DNA of 64,000 bases from Candidatus Eiseniibacteriota bacterium (GTDB taxonomy: Bacteria; Eisenbacteria; RBG-16-71-46). Shown here one piece after another: positions 38,140 through 48,568 of the stretch; the first letter of the stretch is position 1, and every line of letters starts with the position of its first letter. The translations under genes were made by a program, and so were the position numbers. The DNA lies in the NCBI GenBank assembly GCA_016710095.1, contig JADJLL010000007.1, forward strand, positions 41,122-105,121, read 5' to 3'. Below the pieces are notes generated by a model. The model ran no database searches and was not told the origin of the DNA. It was given only the letters and a program-made list of their open reading frames with translations.

Positions 38140-39950
38140 GAGCGGTGTGGGGCGGTCGGGGCGCCCGCGCCCGGGGCGCACCCGGGGCGGGGGCACGCGC
38201 CGCCCCCGCCGACGACGGCCGCCCGCGGCGACGCGGACCAAAGCCACGCGCGGCGCCCCCCGGGGGCCGGCCCGCCGGCAACCCGCGCGCGGCCGCCCGG
38301 GGGGGGGGAGGGGGGGGGTTCGGCGCCCGACGTCCCGGGGGGGGCCCGCCCGACTTCCGGCCGGGGGGAACCCGCGCCGTTCGGGTCGCGGGGCCAGACA
38401 CGGCCGCGACCGCGCACCGGGGGGGGGGGCCGGGGCGGGCAGGGGGGCCGGGCCGTTCCCCGGGCCTCAAGCAAGGGGATGTTGTTGTTCAGCGAGCGGG
38501 GTTGGGGACACCCGCCCGCACCCGCCTCGCGCCCGCGGGGGGCAGGTTTCCGGGGCTTCCGGAGGGCGGGGGGCTGGGCGCGGGGGGTTGCCCCGCCCCG
38601 CGCCAGCCCGCGGGGGAGACGGGGGGCCTTCGGCGCCGCCCGGGCCGCCGGCGCCGGGGCGCACGCGCACGGGGGGGGCCGGGCGGGGGGGGGGTTGGCG
38701 AAGTCTGGGGGGGGCCCGGGCCCCGGGGGTTCACCGTCGGGGGGGGGGGTTCGCACAGACGTTGGGGCTAGCCCCGGGGGGGCGGGCACTGCCACCCACA
38801 CCGCCGCGAAGAAAAAGCGTTCGCCCGCACGCCCACCGGATTCGAAACGGGAGGGGAGGGGACGTTGCTCGGGGGGGCGCCCGGGGAAGCCTTCAGGCCT
38901 TCGGGGGGGCGCCCTACGACCCCCGCGTTGCCCGGGCGCACCGAGTCGCCGGGGCGCCACGACGCCGGATCGGGGGGGCGCCCGGGCCCGGCCCCGGGGG
39001 GGGCTCGGCGGGGGGCCGCCCGGCAGGGGGCGGGGCGACCTGAGCGCGTACTACCCCCGTTCGCGCTGGGTGGGAAACGCGGCGACCGCGCCCCGGGGGG
39101 GGGGGGGGGGCCAGGGGGGCCCCCCGGGGGGGGGGGAAGGGGTGGTCGGCGGGGCGCCCCGCAGCCTGGGCTGGGGGGGAGGGGGGGACGGGGAGCGATT
39201 TCGGGGAGGAGCCCGACGCGGGGAGGGATTTCGCCCGCACGCCGCAACTGTCGCCACCGGCGGAGGGGGCTGGGGCGGGGGCCCCCGCCCGGGGAGCAGA
39301 AGCGCAACCACCCCACGCCCGCACCCGAACACGACGCCCCCCCGGGCGGGCCGCCCCCCAGGGCCCTTCCAGGCTGACGACGGCCCGCTTCAAAAGCGCC
39401 GCGGACGGGGACAACACGAGCCCGCCGGGGGCGTACTACCCCGCCGACAAGACGGTCGATCGGGAGCGGGGGGGGGGCGTCCCGGACCCCGGGCCGGGGC
39501 GGGGGACCAACCCCCCGAGGAAAAAGACTGACCAGCCGAAGACGGCCTTCGAACGTCACCGCGAAGTCGATGGCGGGGCGAAGACGGCACGGGGGGGGGG
39601 ATTTGGGGGCCTGACGCCAGCGCGGGGGGGGGATGATCACGCGCCGGGGGGTTGTTGGTTGAACAGCTGGGGGGGGGGCGGGGGGGGGGGGGACCAGGGG
39701 CGGGGGGGGGAGAAGCTCCGGGGGAAGCCCGGGTACTGGGGGCAACGGGGAGGGGGAGGACGCTGGGGGGGGGGGCAGGGGAGGGGGAACGGGAAGGGAA
39801 ACTGGGGACGCCTCGGGGCCCGAGGGGGAGGGGGGGGCCGGGGACGCGCCCGACCCGGGGGGGGAGGGGGGGGCGCCGGGCCGGAAATCCGCTTCCGCCG
39901 AGTCTCTTCGGCCGGCGCGAGTTGACGATGCCGCCGTTGCTGGTGTAGAA
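38140..39950. repeat. 1.8-kb G-homopolymer-rich low-complexity block (G runs of 7-15 nt, strong G-over-C skew on + strand), most likely assembly/base-calling artefact
   Basis: Dozens of runs like gggggggggg interspersed with short normal-looking fragments. All six frames give only G/P/R-rich translations. No counterpart elsewhere except nt 1-150. Confidence 0.6.
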
Positions 39951-39975
39951 ACACCCGGCCCGAAACGACTTCGGT

Positions 39976-40051
39976 GGGGCTGTAGCTCAGCTGGGAGAGC
40001 GCTTGACTGGCAGTCAAGAGGTCGACGGTTCGATCCCGTTCAGCTCCACCA
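39976..40051 (+). tRNA. tRNA-Ala (anticodon GGC)
   Basis: GGGGCTGTAGCTCAGCTGGGAGAGCGCTTGACTGGCAGTCAAGAGGTCGACGGTTCGATCCCGTTCAGCTCCACCA. G3:U70 alanine identity pair. Anticodon loop CT-GGC-AG. Confidence 0.9.
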
Positions 40052-40170
40052 TTTGAAATACCGCGCGCCCCGGGACCTCGTGTCCCGGGTTTCGCGCACC
40101 GGCCGGAACCCCGGGAGTCCATCCCACCAGGGGCGGGGATCCCCGCACCGGCCCGACAGGAGGTCTCGCC

Positions 40171-40680
40171 ATGATGGTCGTCGTGCTGATCCTGCTGGCC
40201 GTCGCTTCGCGCCTCTTGCCGCACGCCCCGAACTTCGCGCCGGTGGCCGCGCTCGGCCTCTTCGCCGGCTCGGTGTACTCGCGCCGCGCGGGCTGGCTGG
40301 TTCCCTTCGCCGCCCTTCTGCTGAGCGATCTCGTGCTCGGGTTCTACCACCCGATGAGCATGTTCTGGAACTACCTCGGCTTCGCCGCCTGCCTGCTGCT
40401 CGGCAGCGGCATGATCGGCTCGCGCCGCACGGTCGTCCGCCTCGGCGGCGCCACGCTCGCCAGCTCGGTCGCCTTCTTCACGCTGTCGAACTTCGGCATG
40501 TGGGCGAGCGGCTACTACCCGCGCACGCTCGCCGGCCTGGCCGAGTGCTACGCGGCCGCGCTGCCGTTCTTCCGCAACACCTTCGCGAGCGACGTGGTCT
40601 ACACGGTCGCGCTGTTCGGCGGCTACGCGCTCCTGTCGCGGCTCGCGCCGCGCCGCGAAGGCGCCTCGGCCCGCGCGTAA
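40171..40680 (+). CDS. small polytopic membrane protein (DUF6580/ECF-S-component-like, hypothetical)
   Basis: GGAGG RBS. 4-5 predicted TM helices. Confidence 0.5.
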   Translation: MMVVVLILLAVASRLLPHAPNFAPVAALGLFAGSVYSRRAGWLVPFAALLLSDLVLGFYHPMSMFWNYLGFAACLLLGSGMIGSRRTVVRLGGATLASSVAFFTLSNFGMWASGYYPRTLAGLAECYAAALPFFRNTFASDVVYTVALFGGYALLSRLAPRREGASARA

Positions 40681-40759
40681 CGCGACGCCCGACGTACGAA
40701 CGCCCGCTTCCGGTTTTCCGGAAGCGGGCGTTTTCTTTGCAGGCAGGGCCGCCGGAGCG

Positions 40760-41377
40760 TCAAAGCACCGTGCGGTTCGAGCTCTTCACGACCGGCTCGG
40801 ACGGCTCCGGTTCCGGCGCGGGCTCGGCGCACAACGAGTCGATCGCCGCGCGCGTCGCGCTCGAGAGCCACTCGATCTCGCCCGCCTGCTTCGCCGCCAC
40901 GCGGCCCGAGCGATCGATCACGTAGGTGTACGGGATGCTCGGGCAGGGCAGACCCGCCGCGAGGTCCTTGCGCAGGTCGAGCAGCACCGGCAGCCGGAGC
41001 CGCATGCGCCCCACGTAACGCGAGACGCTCGGGAACGGATCGAAGCACACGAGCGCGACCTCGACCGCTCCGGGCGGCAGCGACCGTCGCAGCGAGTCGA
41101 GCGTCGTCGCCTGCGGGCCGGAGTGCCGCATCCACGGCGCCCAGTATTCGACGATCAGCACGCGCTGCCCCGGGACGAGCCGGCGCACGCCGACGGGCAC
41201 CATCGGCAGGGAAGCGTCGAAGGCCGCCGCCGGGCGATCCGCGGCGGGGGTGAGCGCGAGCGGTGTGGGTGTGGCGCCGGTGCGCTGCACGGTGAACAGC
41301 TCCGCCTTCCAGACGAGCGTGCCGAGCACTGCGAGCGCGGCGAGTCCGAGCAGGAGCGTGCGGACGCGCGGGGTCAT
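40760..41377 (-). CDS. TlpA/redoxin-like thioredoxin-fold protein lacking the CXXC motif, translationally coupled to cstA
   Basis: Signal-anchor MTPRVRTLLLGLAALAVLGTLVW. Thioredoxin-fold region with WAPWMRHS at the position of the redoxin WCxxC. GGGAG RBS. ATGA overlap with the cstA stop. Confidence 0.55.
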   Translation of the reverse strand: MTPRVRTLLLGLAALAVLGTLVWKAELFTVQRTGATPTPLALTPAADRPAAAFDASLPMVPVGVRRLVPGQRVLIVEYWAPWMRHSGPQATTLDSLRRSLPPGAVEVALVCFDPFPSVSRYVGRMRLRLPVLLDLRKDLAAGLPCPSIPYTYVIDRSGRVAAKQAGEIEWLSSATRAAIDSLCAEPAPEPEPSEPVVKSSNRTVL

Positions 41378-43223
41378 CGTGCGGCTCCCGCGTCGAGCGC
41401 GCCGGAAGGCTGCGCCTCGCCACGGACGTGCGACCACCAGTGCCGCGCGCAGTCGCCGACGATCACGACCATGAGCGCCATCACGACGAGCGTGACGACG
41501 CACTGGATGCGCGCGGGCGTGGGCGCGGCGGCGAACGCCGACCACAGGTCCGGCGCGCCGGCGGCGAGCGGGCCGCGCAGGTAGTTGAGCGACAGGTTGA
41601 GCCAGCCCGCGACGAGAGTGTTCGCGCACATGAACGCGAGCGGCACGAGCGTCGCCCATGTGTAGCGCGCGCGACCGTGGTTCACCATCCACGACGTCGC
41701 GATCGCGAGCGCGATGGCCGCGAGCAGCTGGTTCGCCACGCCGAGCAGCGGCCACACGGTGGTCACCGTGCCCGTCCACACGAAGTAGCCCCACGCGCAC
41801 ACCGACAGCGCGCTGAACACCGCCGCGGGCGCGAAGCCCGTCCAACCGCGAAGCTTCGGGAACGCCATGCTGCCGACCTCCTGGAACATGTAGCGCGTGA
41901 CTCGCGTGCCCGTGTCGATCAGCGTCATGACGAACATGGCTTCGAACATGATGACGAAGTGGTACCAGAAGCTCATGAGCCCGCCCAGCGCGGGCAGCTT
42001 CGAGAAGATCTGCGCCATGCCGACCGCGAGCGACACGGCGCCGCCGGGCCGTCCGGTGATGTTCTCGCCGACCTGCGCCGAGAGCGCCTGCAGGTGCACG
42101 GGCGTCAGGCCGAGCTTGGCGAACACTTCGGGCTTCGTGTTGATCGCGAAATAGTCGGCGGGCTCGAGCGAGCACGCGGCGACGAGCGCGATGATGCCGA
42201 CGAAGCCCTCGAGCAGCATGGCGCCGTACGCGACCGGGAGCATGTCGCGCTCGCGTTCGACCATCTTGGGCGTCGTGCCGGATGCGATGAGGGAGTGGAA
42301 GCCGGAGATCGCGCCGCACATGATCGTGATGAAGACGAACGGGAACATCGGTCCGGGAATCACGGGGCCGCCGCCGTGCACGAACGGCGTGAACGCCGGC
42401 ATGCGCAGCTAGGGTTCACGAGCAGCACGCCGGCGGCGAGCACGAGCATCGCGCCGATCTTGAGGAAGCTCGACAGGTAGTCGCGCGGGCAGAGCAGCAG
42501 CCACACGGGTAGCACCGACGCGATGAAGCCGTACGCCATGAGCGCGATCGTGAGCTGGCGGTCGGAGAACATGAGGAACGGCCGCAGCGCCGAGTCGTGC
42601 ACCCACGCGCCGCCCGCGACGGCGAGCACGAGCGCCACGACGCCGAACGTCGTCGCGGTCTTCACCGCGCCGGGCCGGATGCGGTACGTGAAGAGTCCCA
42701 TCACGAGCGCGATCGGTATCGTGCAGCCGATCGAGAACACGCCCCACGCGCTGTCGCGCAGCGAACTCACGACCACGAGCGCCATCGCGGCGAGCGCGAC
42801 CACCATCACGAACACGATCGCGATACTCGTCGCCGCGCCGGTGAGCGGGCTCACCTGCTCGCGCGCGATGTTCGCGAGCGAGCGCCCGCCGCTGCGCACG
42901 CTCGCCGTGAGGATGACGAAGTCGTGCACGCCGCCCGCGATCACCGAACCGAGCAGCAGCCACAGGAAGCCGGGCGCCCATCCGAACTGCGCGGCGAGCA
43001 CGGGGCCGAGCAGCGGACCGGCGCCGGAGATCGCGGCGAAGTGATGGCCGAAGAGCACCCAGCGTTTCGTGGGCACGTAGTCGTGGCCGTCGCGCGAGGT
43101 GTGCGCGGGCGTCGCGCGCAGGTCGTCGAGCGTGGCGACGCGGGCGGCGAGGAACACGCCGTAGGTGCGATAGGCGATGACCGCGATGAGCGCGGCGCAC
43201 GCGACCAGGTAGAGCGCGGGCAA
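41374..43223 (-). CDS. cstA: carbon starvation protein A (peptide/pyruvate transporter family), with apparent 1-nt deletion frameshift near 42411-42416
   Basis: N-terminal ORF (…GHHFAAISGAGPLLGPVLAAQFGWAPGFLWL…) and C-terminal ORF (MPAFTPFVHGGGPVIPGPMFPFVFITIMCGAISGFHSLIASGTTPKM…) are contiguous CstA sequence in two frames. Inserting one base after CCT restores …VNP-x-LRMPAF…. TTG start. Confidence 0.8.
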
Positions 43224-43302
43224 GGGATGGATCCTCCGGCGTCCGTGAGGTGCGAGGCGAGCGGCCGGAGTCTACGCAGGCGGACCTGTGCGCGCCATGA
43301 AA

Positions 43303-43334
43303 GAAGCGCCGGGCTCGTGGGAGCCCGGCGCTTC
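43303..43334 (-). terminator. candidate rho-independent terminator after the gspE-like gene
   Basis: 14-bp stem GAAGCGCCGGGCTC-GTGG-GAGCCCGGCGCTTC, followed on the minus strand by TTTCATGG (weak T tract). Confidence 0.4.
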
Positions 43335-43351
43335 GGTGCGCGTTCGGGGAA

Positions 43352-45307
43352 TCAGGACGCCTTGCGGACGTTCGGTGGCACCGGCATGAGCTTGGAATCG
43401 GACTTCCGCGCCGGTGGCTGGTGCGCGAGGTGATCCGCGCCGCAGGCCGGGCAGTGCTTCCACTCGGGCCGCATCCGCTTCTGGCACTTCTCGCAGTGCT
43501 CGCCGATGAAGCTGCCGCACGCGGTGCAGTACTCGAAGTCCTGCGACACGACGTGCGTGCAATGCGGGCAAACCTTCACGTGCTGCTCGGCGAGGTACAC
43601 GACGCGCGTGATCTCGTCGACGGTGGTCTGTCCCGTGAACGCCTTGTCGAGGCCGTCCTGGCCGATCGGGGTCATGCCTTCCTCGATCGCGACGCGACGG
43701 ATCTCGCTGTCGGACGCGTTGCTCGTGATGAGGCGGCGGACGTTGTCGCTCACCTCGAGCAGTTCGAAGATGCCCGTACGCCCGGCGTAGCCCGAGCCGT
43801 CGCACGAGGGGCAGCCCGCGCCGCGCCACAGCTCGATCGGCTCGTCGTCGGCCGGCGCCGATGCGCTGAGCCGGGCGATGGCCGCGGAGTCGCCGGCGTA
43901 GGACTCCTTGCACTTGGGGCAGAGCGTGCGCACGAGCCGCATGCTCACGACGCCGACGAGCGAGGTCGCGACCATGAACGGTTCGAGGCCGAGGTCGATG
44001 AGGCGCGTGACGGCGCCGGCGGCGTCGTTCGTGTGCACCGTGCTCAGCACGAGATGTCCGGTGACGGACGCGCGGAACGCGATCTGCGCCGTCTCCTTGT
44101 CGCGGATCTCACCGATCATGATGATGTCGGGATCCTGGCGAAGGATGGCGCGCAGCGCGCCGGCGAACGTCTTCTTCGCCTTCTCGTCCACGTGCACCTG
44201 GTTGATGCCCGGGATCTGGTACTCGACCGGGTCCTCGACCGTGGTGATGTTGCGCGTCACGTGCTGCAGGTGGCGCAGCGCCGCGTAGAGCAGGGTGGAC
44301 TTGCCCGAGCCGGTCGGACCGGTCACGAGGATGATGCCCTGCGGGCGCGACAGGAACTTCTTGAGCCGCTTGAGATCGCGCTCCGTGAAGCCGATCGAGT
44401 CGAGTTCGACGCGTGCGCGCGACTGGTCCACGACGCGCATGACGACCTTCTCGCCGTTCGTGATGGGCAGCGTCGAGACGCGCATGTCCACGCGACGTCC
44501 GCCGATCTCGGCGACGAGCCGTCCGTCCTGCGGCTGGCGCTTCTCGGCGATGTCGAGGTTCGCGAGCACCTTGATGCGCGAGACGATCGCGCCCTGCGTC
44601 CACTTCGGCAGGCGCTGCTCTTCGCGCAGCAGGCCGTCCACGCGCAGGCGCACGATGAGATCGTTGTTCTGCGGCTCGATGTGGATGTCGCTCGCGCGTG
44701 CTTCGACGGCGCGGTGCAGCAGCCAGTTCGTGAGGCGCACGATGGGGCGGCCTTCGGCCTCCTTCATCAGCTCGTCGATCGCCTGGCGTTCCTCGGTGTC
44801 GTCGACGGCGCTCACGACGATGTCGTCTTCGTTCGAGATGATGCTCTGGATCACCTCGTTCACCGACGTGTCGATGTGGTAGTAGCGCTCGATCGCTTCG
44901 AGGATCTGCGACTGCGCCGCGAGCACCGGCTTGATGAACATGCCGGTGTGGAAGCGCAGGTCCTCGATGCCGTTCACGTTGAGCGGGTCGGCCATGGCCA
45001 CGACCAGCGTGCGCTTGGACTCGATGTCCACCGGGATCGCGAGGTACTTCCGCGCCTGCTCTTCCTTGATGAGCTGGAGCGCGCGCTCGTCCGGGGCGGT
45101 CTCGTCGAAGTTCACGACCGGCAGCCCGAGCTGGCGGTGCAGCCAGTTCACGAGCACGTGCTCGTCCAGCAGTCCGAGGCGCACGAGCGTCGCGCCGAGC
45201 AGCTGACCGGTGCGCTTCTGCTCGGAGACGGCGCGTTCGAGGTCTTCCGGAGAGACGAGCTTGTTCTCGACGAGGAGGTCGCCGAGACGACGGTGCGTGG
45301 TGGCCAT
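43352..45307 (-). CDS. GspE/PilB/MshE-family secretion ATPase with N-terminal MshEN-like c-di-GMP-binding domain and C-terminal Cys-rich zinc-ribbon extension; orphan (no cognate T2SS/T4P genes nearby)
   Basis: Tandem MshEN-like motifs (RLGDLLVENKLVSPEDLERAVSEQ / LLGATLVRLGLLDEHVLVNWLHRQ). Walker A GPTGSGKST. Asp box and His box of T2SS-E ATPases. Tetracysteine CPKC…CPSC. Extra C-terminal CPHCTHV…CTACG…CEKC…CPACG. Confidence 0.85.
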   Translation of the reverse strand: MATTHRRLGDLLVENKLVSPEDLERAVSEQKRTGQLLGATLVRLGLLDEHVLVNWLHRQLGLPVVNFDETAPDERALQLIKEEQARKYLAIPVDIESKRTLVVAMADPLNVNGIEDLRFHTGMFIKPVLAAQSQILEAIERYYHIDTSVNEVIQSIISNEDDIVVSAVDDTEERQAIDELMKEAEGRPIVRLTNWLLHRAVEARASDIHIEPQNNDLIVRLRVDGLLREEQRLPKWTQGAIVSRIKVLANLDIAEKRQPQDGRLVAEIGGRRVDMRVSTLPITNGEKVVMRVVDQSRARVELDSIGFTERDLKRLKKFLSRPQGIILVTGPTGSGKSTLLYAALRHLQHVTRNITTVEDPVEYQIPGINQVHVDEKAKKTFAGALRAILRQDPDIIMIGEIRDKETAQIAFRASVTGHLVLSTVHTNDAAGAVTRLIDLGLEPFMVATSLVGVVSMRLVRTLCPKCKESYAGDSAAIARLSASAPADDEPIELWRGAGCPSCDGSGYAGRTGIFELLEVSDNVRRLITSNASDSEIRRVAIEEGMTPIGQDGLDKAFTGQTTVDEITRVVYLAEQHVKVCPHCTHVVSQDFEYCTACGSFIGEHCEKCQKRMRPEWKHCPACGADHLAHQPPARKSDSKLMPVPPNVRKAS

Positions 45308-45387
45308 CCTTGGTTCTCCACAATGGGGGGAAGGAGTCCTGCGCCCGTTATCGGCCCGGCCTCCGGGGCCATTGAGCGTTGATTGCC

Positions 45388-47373
45388 ATGGGAATGGCTT
45401 CGCATGGCGTCGTGGCGCGCGCGCGTGCTAGCGTGCCCGCCGTGACTTCCGACACTTCTCCCGGCGCCCCGACGGGGCCGCGCCCCTCGACCGAACATTC
45501 ACTGCCTCGCATCTCCGCCCAGTCGCTGCTCGGCCCGGAGGGCGTGAGCGGGACCGCTCATTTCCACGACCTGCTGCGCTCGGCGACCCGCCAGTGCCGC
45601 AAGCTCGTGGACTGCGAGCAGGTCCGTCTCTGGGTTGCCCGCCGTGGCGGCCGCCGGCTCGTGGCGCGCGACTTTCCCGAGGAAAATCCGGGAGCGCAGC
45701 CCCAGGAGCACCGCCTGCCCCGTGGCGAAGGTGTCGCGGGATGGGTGATGACGCACCAGCGCACGCTGCGTCTCGGCGCGGGCGACGTCCTGCCGGACGA
45801 CGTGAAGGGCGCGCGCACGCCGTTCCGCAGCGCGCTCGTGATTCCGCTGCTGCGCCGCGGCGAGCCGTTCGGCGCGATCGAGTGCCTCGACAAGCGCGGC
45901 GGTGATTTCACCGACGCCGATTTCGACCGGCTCGAAGTGGCCGCCGAGAGCGTCGCGTTCGCGCTCGACTACGCGCTGCTGTACCAGGAGATCGAACGGC
46001 GCGCGCTCGAGAAGGAAGTGCTGCTCGACATCACGCGCGCGCTCGCGTCGCCCTTCGATCTCGAGGAAGTGATCGAGGAGATCTTCAAGTCGCTGCGCCA
46101 GGTCGTGGACTACGACGCGGCCGCGATCTACCTCGTGCAGCGCGGCACCGGCGTGCTCGAGATGGTGAGCGAGCACGGCTACCCGACGGGCTCGGAGCAC
46201 GCGTTCGAGCTGCAGATGGGGCAGGGCATCGTCGGCTGGGTCGCGAAGACGGGCGAGAGCGTGATCGTGCCCGACGTGAGCACGGACAAGCGCTACGTCG
46301 CCGCGCGGCCGCAGACGCGCAGCGAGATCGCGACGCCGCTCATGCTGCAGGGCCGCGTGTTCGGCGTGTTCAACCTCGAGAGCGAGCACGTGGACGCGTA
46401 CCACGAAGGCCACCTCGAGATGCTCGCCGCGTTCGCGGCGCAGGCCGCCGTCGCGGTCGAGCGCGCGCGTTCGGCGCGTGACCTCATGGAGCGCCGCCGG
46501 CTCGAGAAGGAACTCGCCATCGCGCGCGAGATCCAGAAGTCGTTCCTGCCCGCGGGCGCGCCGATCATTCCCGGCTTCGACCTCGCCGGCACGTCCATCA
46601 CGCACGACGAGGTGGGCGGCGACTACTTCGACTTCATTCCCGTGTCCGAAACGCGGCTCGGTCTCGCCGTGGCGGACGTGTCGGGCAAGGGCATTCCCGC
46701 GGCGCTGCTCATGGCCGGTTTCCGCATGAGCCTGCTCGCCGAGATCCGCAACGAGTTCGCGATCCGCGCCGTCATGCGCAAGGCGAACAGCCTGCTGCAC
46801 GAGAGCACCGAGCGGGACAAGTTCGTCACCGCCTTCTACGGCGTGCTCGACTGGCGGAACAGCATCCTCATCTTCAGCAACGCGGGGCACAATCCGCCGC
46901 TGGTCATGCACCGCGACGGCACCACCGAGCACCTGCTCGACGGTGGCCTCGCGCTCGGCGTGCTGCCGGATTCGAGCTACGAGGAGCGCCCGATCGCGCT
47001 GCGCGAGGGCGACGTGCTCGTGTTCTACACGGACGGCGTCTCCGAGGCCGAGAACGAGCACGGCGAGCAGTTCGGGGAGGAGCGCCTCGAGCAGGTCGCG
47101 CGCGAGAACGCCGACCGGCCCGCCGCCGACCTCCTGGCCGCCATCGTGGACGCCGTGGTCGTGTGGACGGGGGAGCGCGGTCCGAGCGACGACCTCACCC
47201 TGATCGTCGTCCGGAAGACCGGCCCGACCCCTGAGGGCGGCCGGCTGGCGGCATGCCCCCGGCCCGGTGACGCCGTCGCGGCACCGCACTCCGCGCGGCA
47301 TCGGAACTCCAACTCGAAGTTCAAGCATTACTTGAAGCGCGTCATTCTTGACCGCTCCAAACGCGTTCGATAG
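45388..47373 (+). CDS. GAF-GAF-PP2C (SpoIIE/RsbU-type) serine/threonine phosphatase
   Basis: Two GAF-like regions (…GVAGWVMTHQRTLRL…, …GIVGWVAKTGESVIVPDVSTD…), then a PP2C domain (…GGDYFDFIP…ADVSGKGIPAALLM…FYTDGVSEA…). Start ambiguous (TTG 45379, ATG 45388 or 45394). Confidence 0.8.
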   Translation: MGMASHGVVARARASVPAVTSDTSPGAPTGPRPSTEHSLPRISAQSLLGPEGVSGTAHFHDLLRSATRQCRKLVDCEQVRLWVARRGGRRLVARDFPEENPGAQPQEHRLPRGEGVAGWVMTHQRTLRLGAGDVLPDDVKGARTPFRSALVIPLLRRGEPFGAIECLDKRGGDFTDADFDRLEVAAESVAFALDYALLYQEIERRALEKEVLLDITRALASPFDLEEVIEEIFKSLRQVVDYDAAAIYLVQRGTGVLEMVSEHGYPTGSEHAFELQMGQGIVGWVAKTGESVIVPDVSTDKRYVAARPQTRSEIATPLMLQGRVFGVFNLESEHVDAYHEGHLEMLAAFAAQAAVAVERARSARDLMERRRLEKELAIAREIQKSFLPAGAPIIPGFDLAGTSITHDEVGGDYFDFIPVSETRLGLAVADVSGKGIPAALLMAGFRMSLLAEIRNEFAIRAVMRKANSLLHESTERDKFVTAFYGVLDWRNSILIFSNAGHNPPLVMHRDGTTEHLLDGGLALGVLPDSSYEERPIALREGDVLVFYTDGVSEAENEHGEQFGEERLEQVARENADRPAADLLAAIVDAVVVWTGERGPSDDLTLIVVRKTGPTPEGGRLAACPRPGDAVAAPHSARHRNSNSKFKHYLKRVILDRSKRVR

Positions 47374-47512
47374 TCTGCGGCCCGTCTTTTCAGCCGCTTC
47401 GGCCGCCCCGGTGTGTTCCGCCGGCCCCTCCTCGAGGGCCCGCGAGTGCTCGTTCGTCCCGGTCCCGGCCGCCGCATTCCAGTCCCGTTGCCGCAAGTTC
47501 GGAGGCCTGTCC

Positions 47513-48568
47513 ATGAGCGCTGTCCCCAAGGTCGGACGCATCCTGTCCGGCATGCGTCCCACCGGTCGCCTCCACCTGGGCAACTACGTGGGCGCGCTCG
47601 AGAACTGGGTGCGGCTCCAGGACGAGGGCTGGACGAACTATCACATGGTCGCCGACTGGCACATGCTGACGACCGGCTACGAGCACACGAAGGATCTCCA
47701 GCAGCACACCTGGGACATGGTGCTCGACTGGCTGGCCGCGGGACTCGACCCGGCCAAGAGCGTGATCTTCGTGCAGTCCGCGGTGAAGGAGCACGCCGAG
47801 CTGCACCTGCTCTTCAGCATGCTGGTGAACAAGGGCCGCCTCGAGCGCATCCCGACGCTCAAGGAGCAGATCCGCGACCTCGGCATGGACGAGCAGACGA
47901 TCTCGTACGGCCACCTCGGCTACTCCGTGCTGCAGGCCGCCGACATCCTGCTCTACCGCCCGACGCACGTGCCGGTCGGTGACGACCAGGTGCCGCACGT
48001 CGAGATCACGCGCGAGATCGCGCGCCGGTTCAACTTCCTTTACTGCCCGGAAGACGCGCCCGTGTTCCCCGAGCCCGAGGCCGCGGTCACCGCGTTCGGG
48101 CGCCTGCGCGGCCTCGACGGCAAGCGCATGAGCAAGTCGGTCGGCAACACGATCATGCTCGCGGAGGATCCGGCGGAGATCGAGCAGAAGGTGCGGCAGG
48201 CGTACACGGATCCCAAGAAGATGCGCAAGGACGATCCGGGCCGCCCCGAAGCCGACGAAAGCGATGGACACCCGGGCTGCGTCGTGTGGGAGTATCACCG
48301 CAAGTTCAACGCCTCCGAGGCGGACGCCATCGCGGTCGAATGCCGCGCGGGCCGGCTCGGATGCGTCGCCGACAAGAAGCGCCTCTCCGCGGTCATGGCC
48401 GAAGTGCTGGGGCCGATCCGCGAGCGCCGCGAAAAGTGGGCCGCCGATCCCGACGCGGTGCGCGACGTGCTGTCCGACGGCACGAAGCGCGCGCGCGAAA
48501 CGGCGCGCGAAACCATGGACCTGGTCCGGAGTGCGATGGGCGTGAAGTCCATCGTGGAGCCCGAGTGA
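47513..48568 (+). CDS. trpS: tryptophan--tRNA ligase
   Basis: Class I motifs HLGNY and KMSKS. GGAGG RBS. Confidence 0.9.
   Translation: MSAVPKVGRILSGMRPTGRLHLGNYVGALENWVRLQDEGWTNYHMVADWHMLTTGYEHTKDLQQHTWDMVLDWLAAGLDPAKSVIFVQSAVKEHAELHLLFSMLVNKGRLERIPTLKEQIRDLGMDEQTISYGHLGYSVLQAADILLYRPTHVPVGDDQVPHVEITREIARRFNFLYCPEDAPVFPEPEAAVTAFGRLRGLDGKRMSKSVGNTIMLAEDPAEIEQKVRQAYTDPKKMRKDDPGRPEADESDGHPGCVVWEYHRKFNASEADAIAVECRAGRLGCVADKKRLSAVMAEVLGPIRERREKWAADPDAVRDVLSDGTKRARETARETMDLVRSAMGVKSIVEPE

Noticed and set aside
38103-39745. Several 250-350-aa ORFs in both strands of the poly-G block
   Set aside because: Pure Gly/Pro/Arg low-complexity translations generated by G/C homopolymers. No start context. 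The region looks like a sequencing artefact.
39976-40051. Possibility that tRNA-Ala marks an rRNA operon spacer hidden in the unreadable region
   Set aside because: The anticodon is GGC, not the UGC found in rrn spacers. No 16S 3' end or 23S 5' end signatures are visible in the surrounding readable sequence.
32337-40051. tRNA-Leu and tRNA-Ala as integration sites of a genomic island or prophage
   Set aside because: No integrase, excisionase, transposase, direct-repeat attachment sites or phage structural genes are nearby. Flanking genes are ordinary envelope and secreted proteins.
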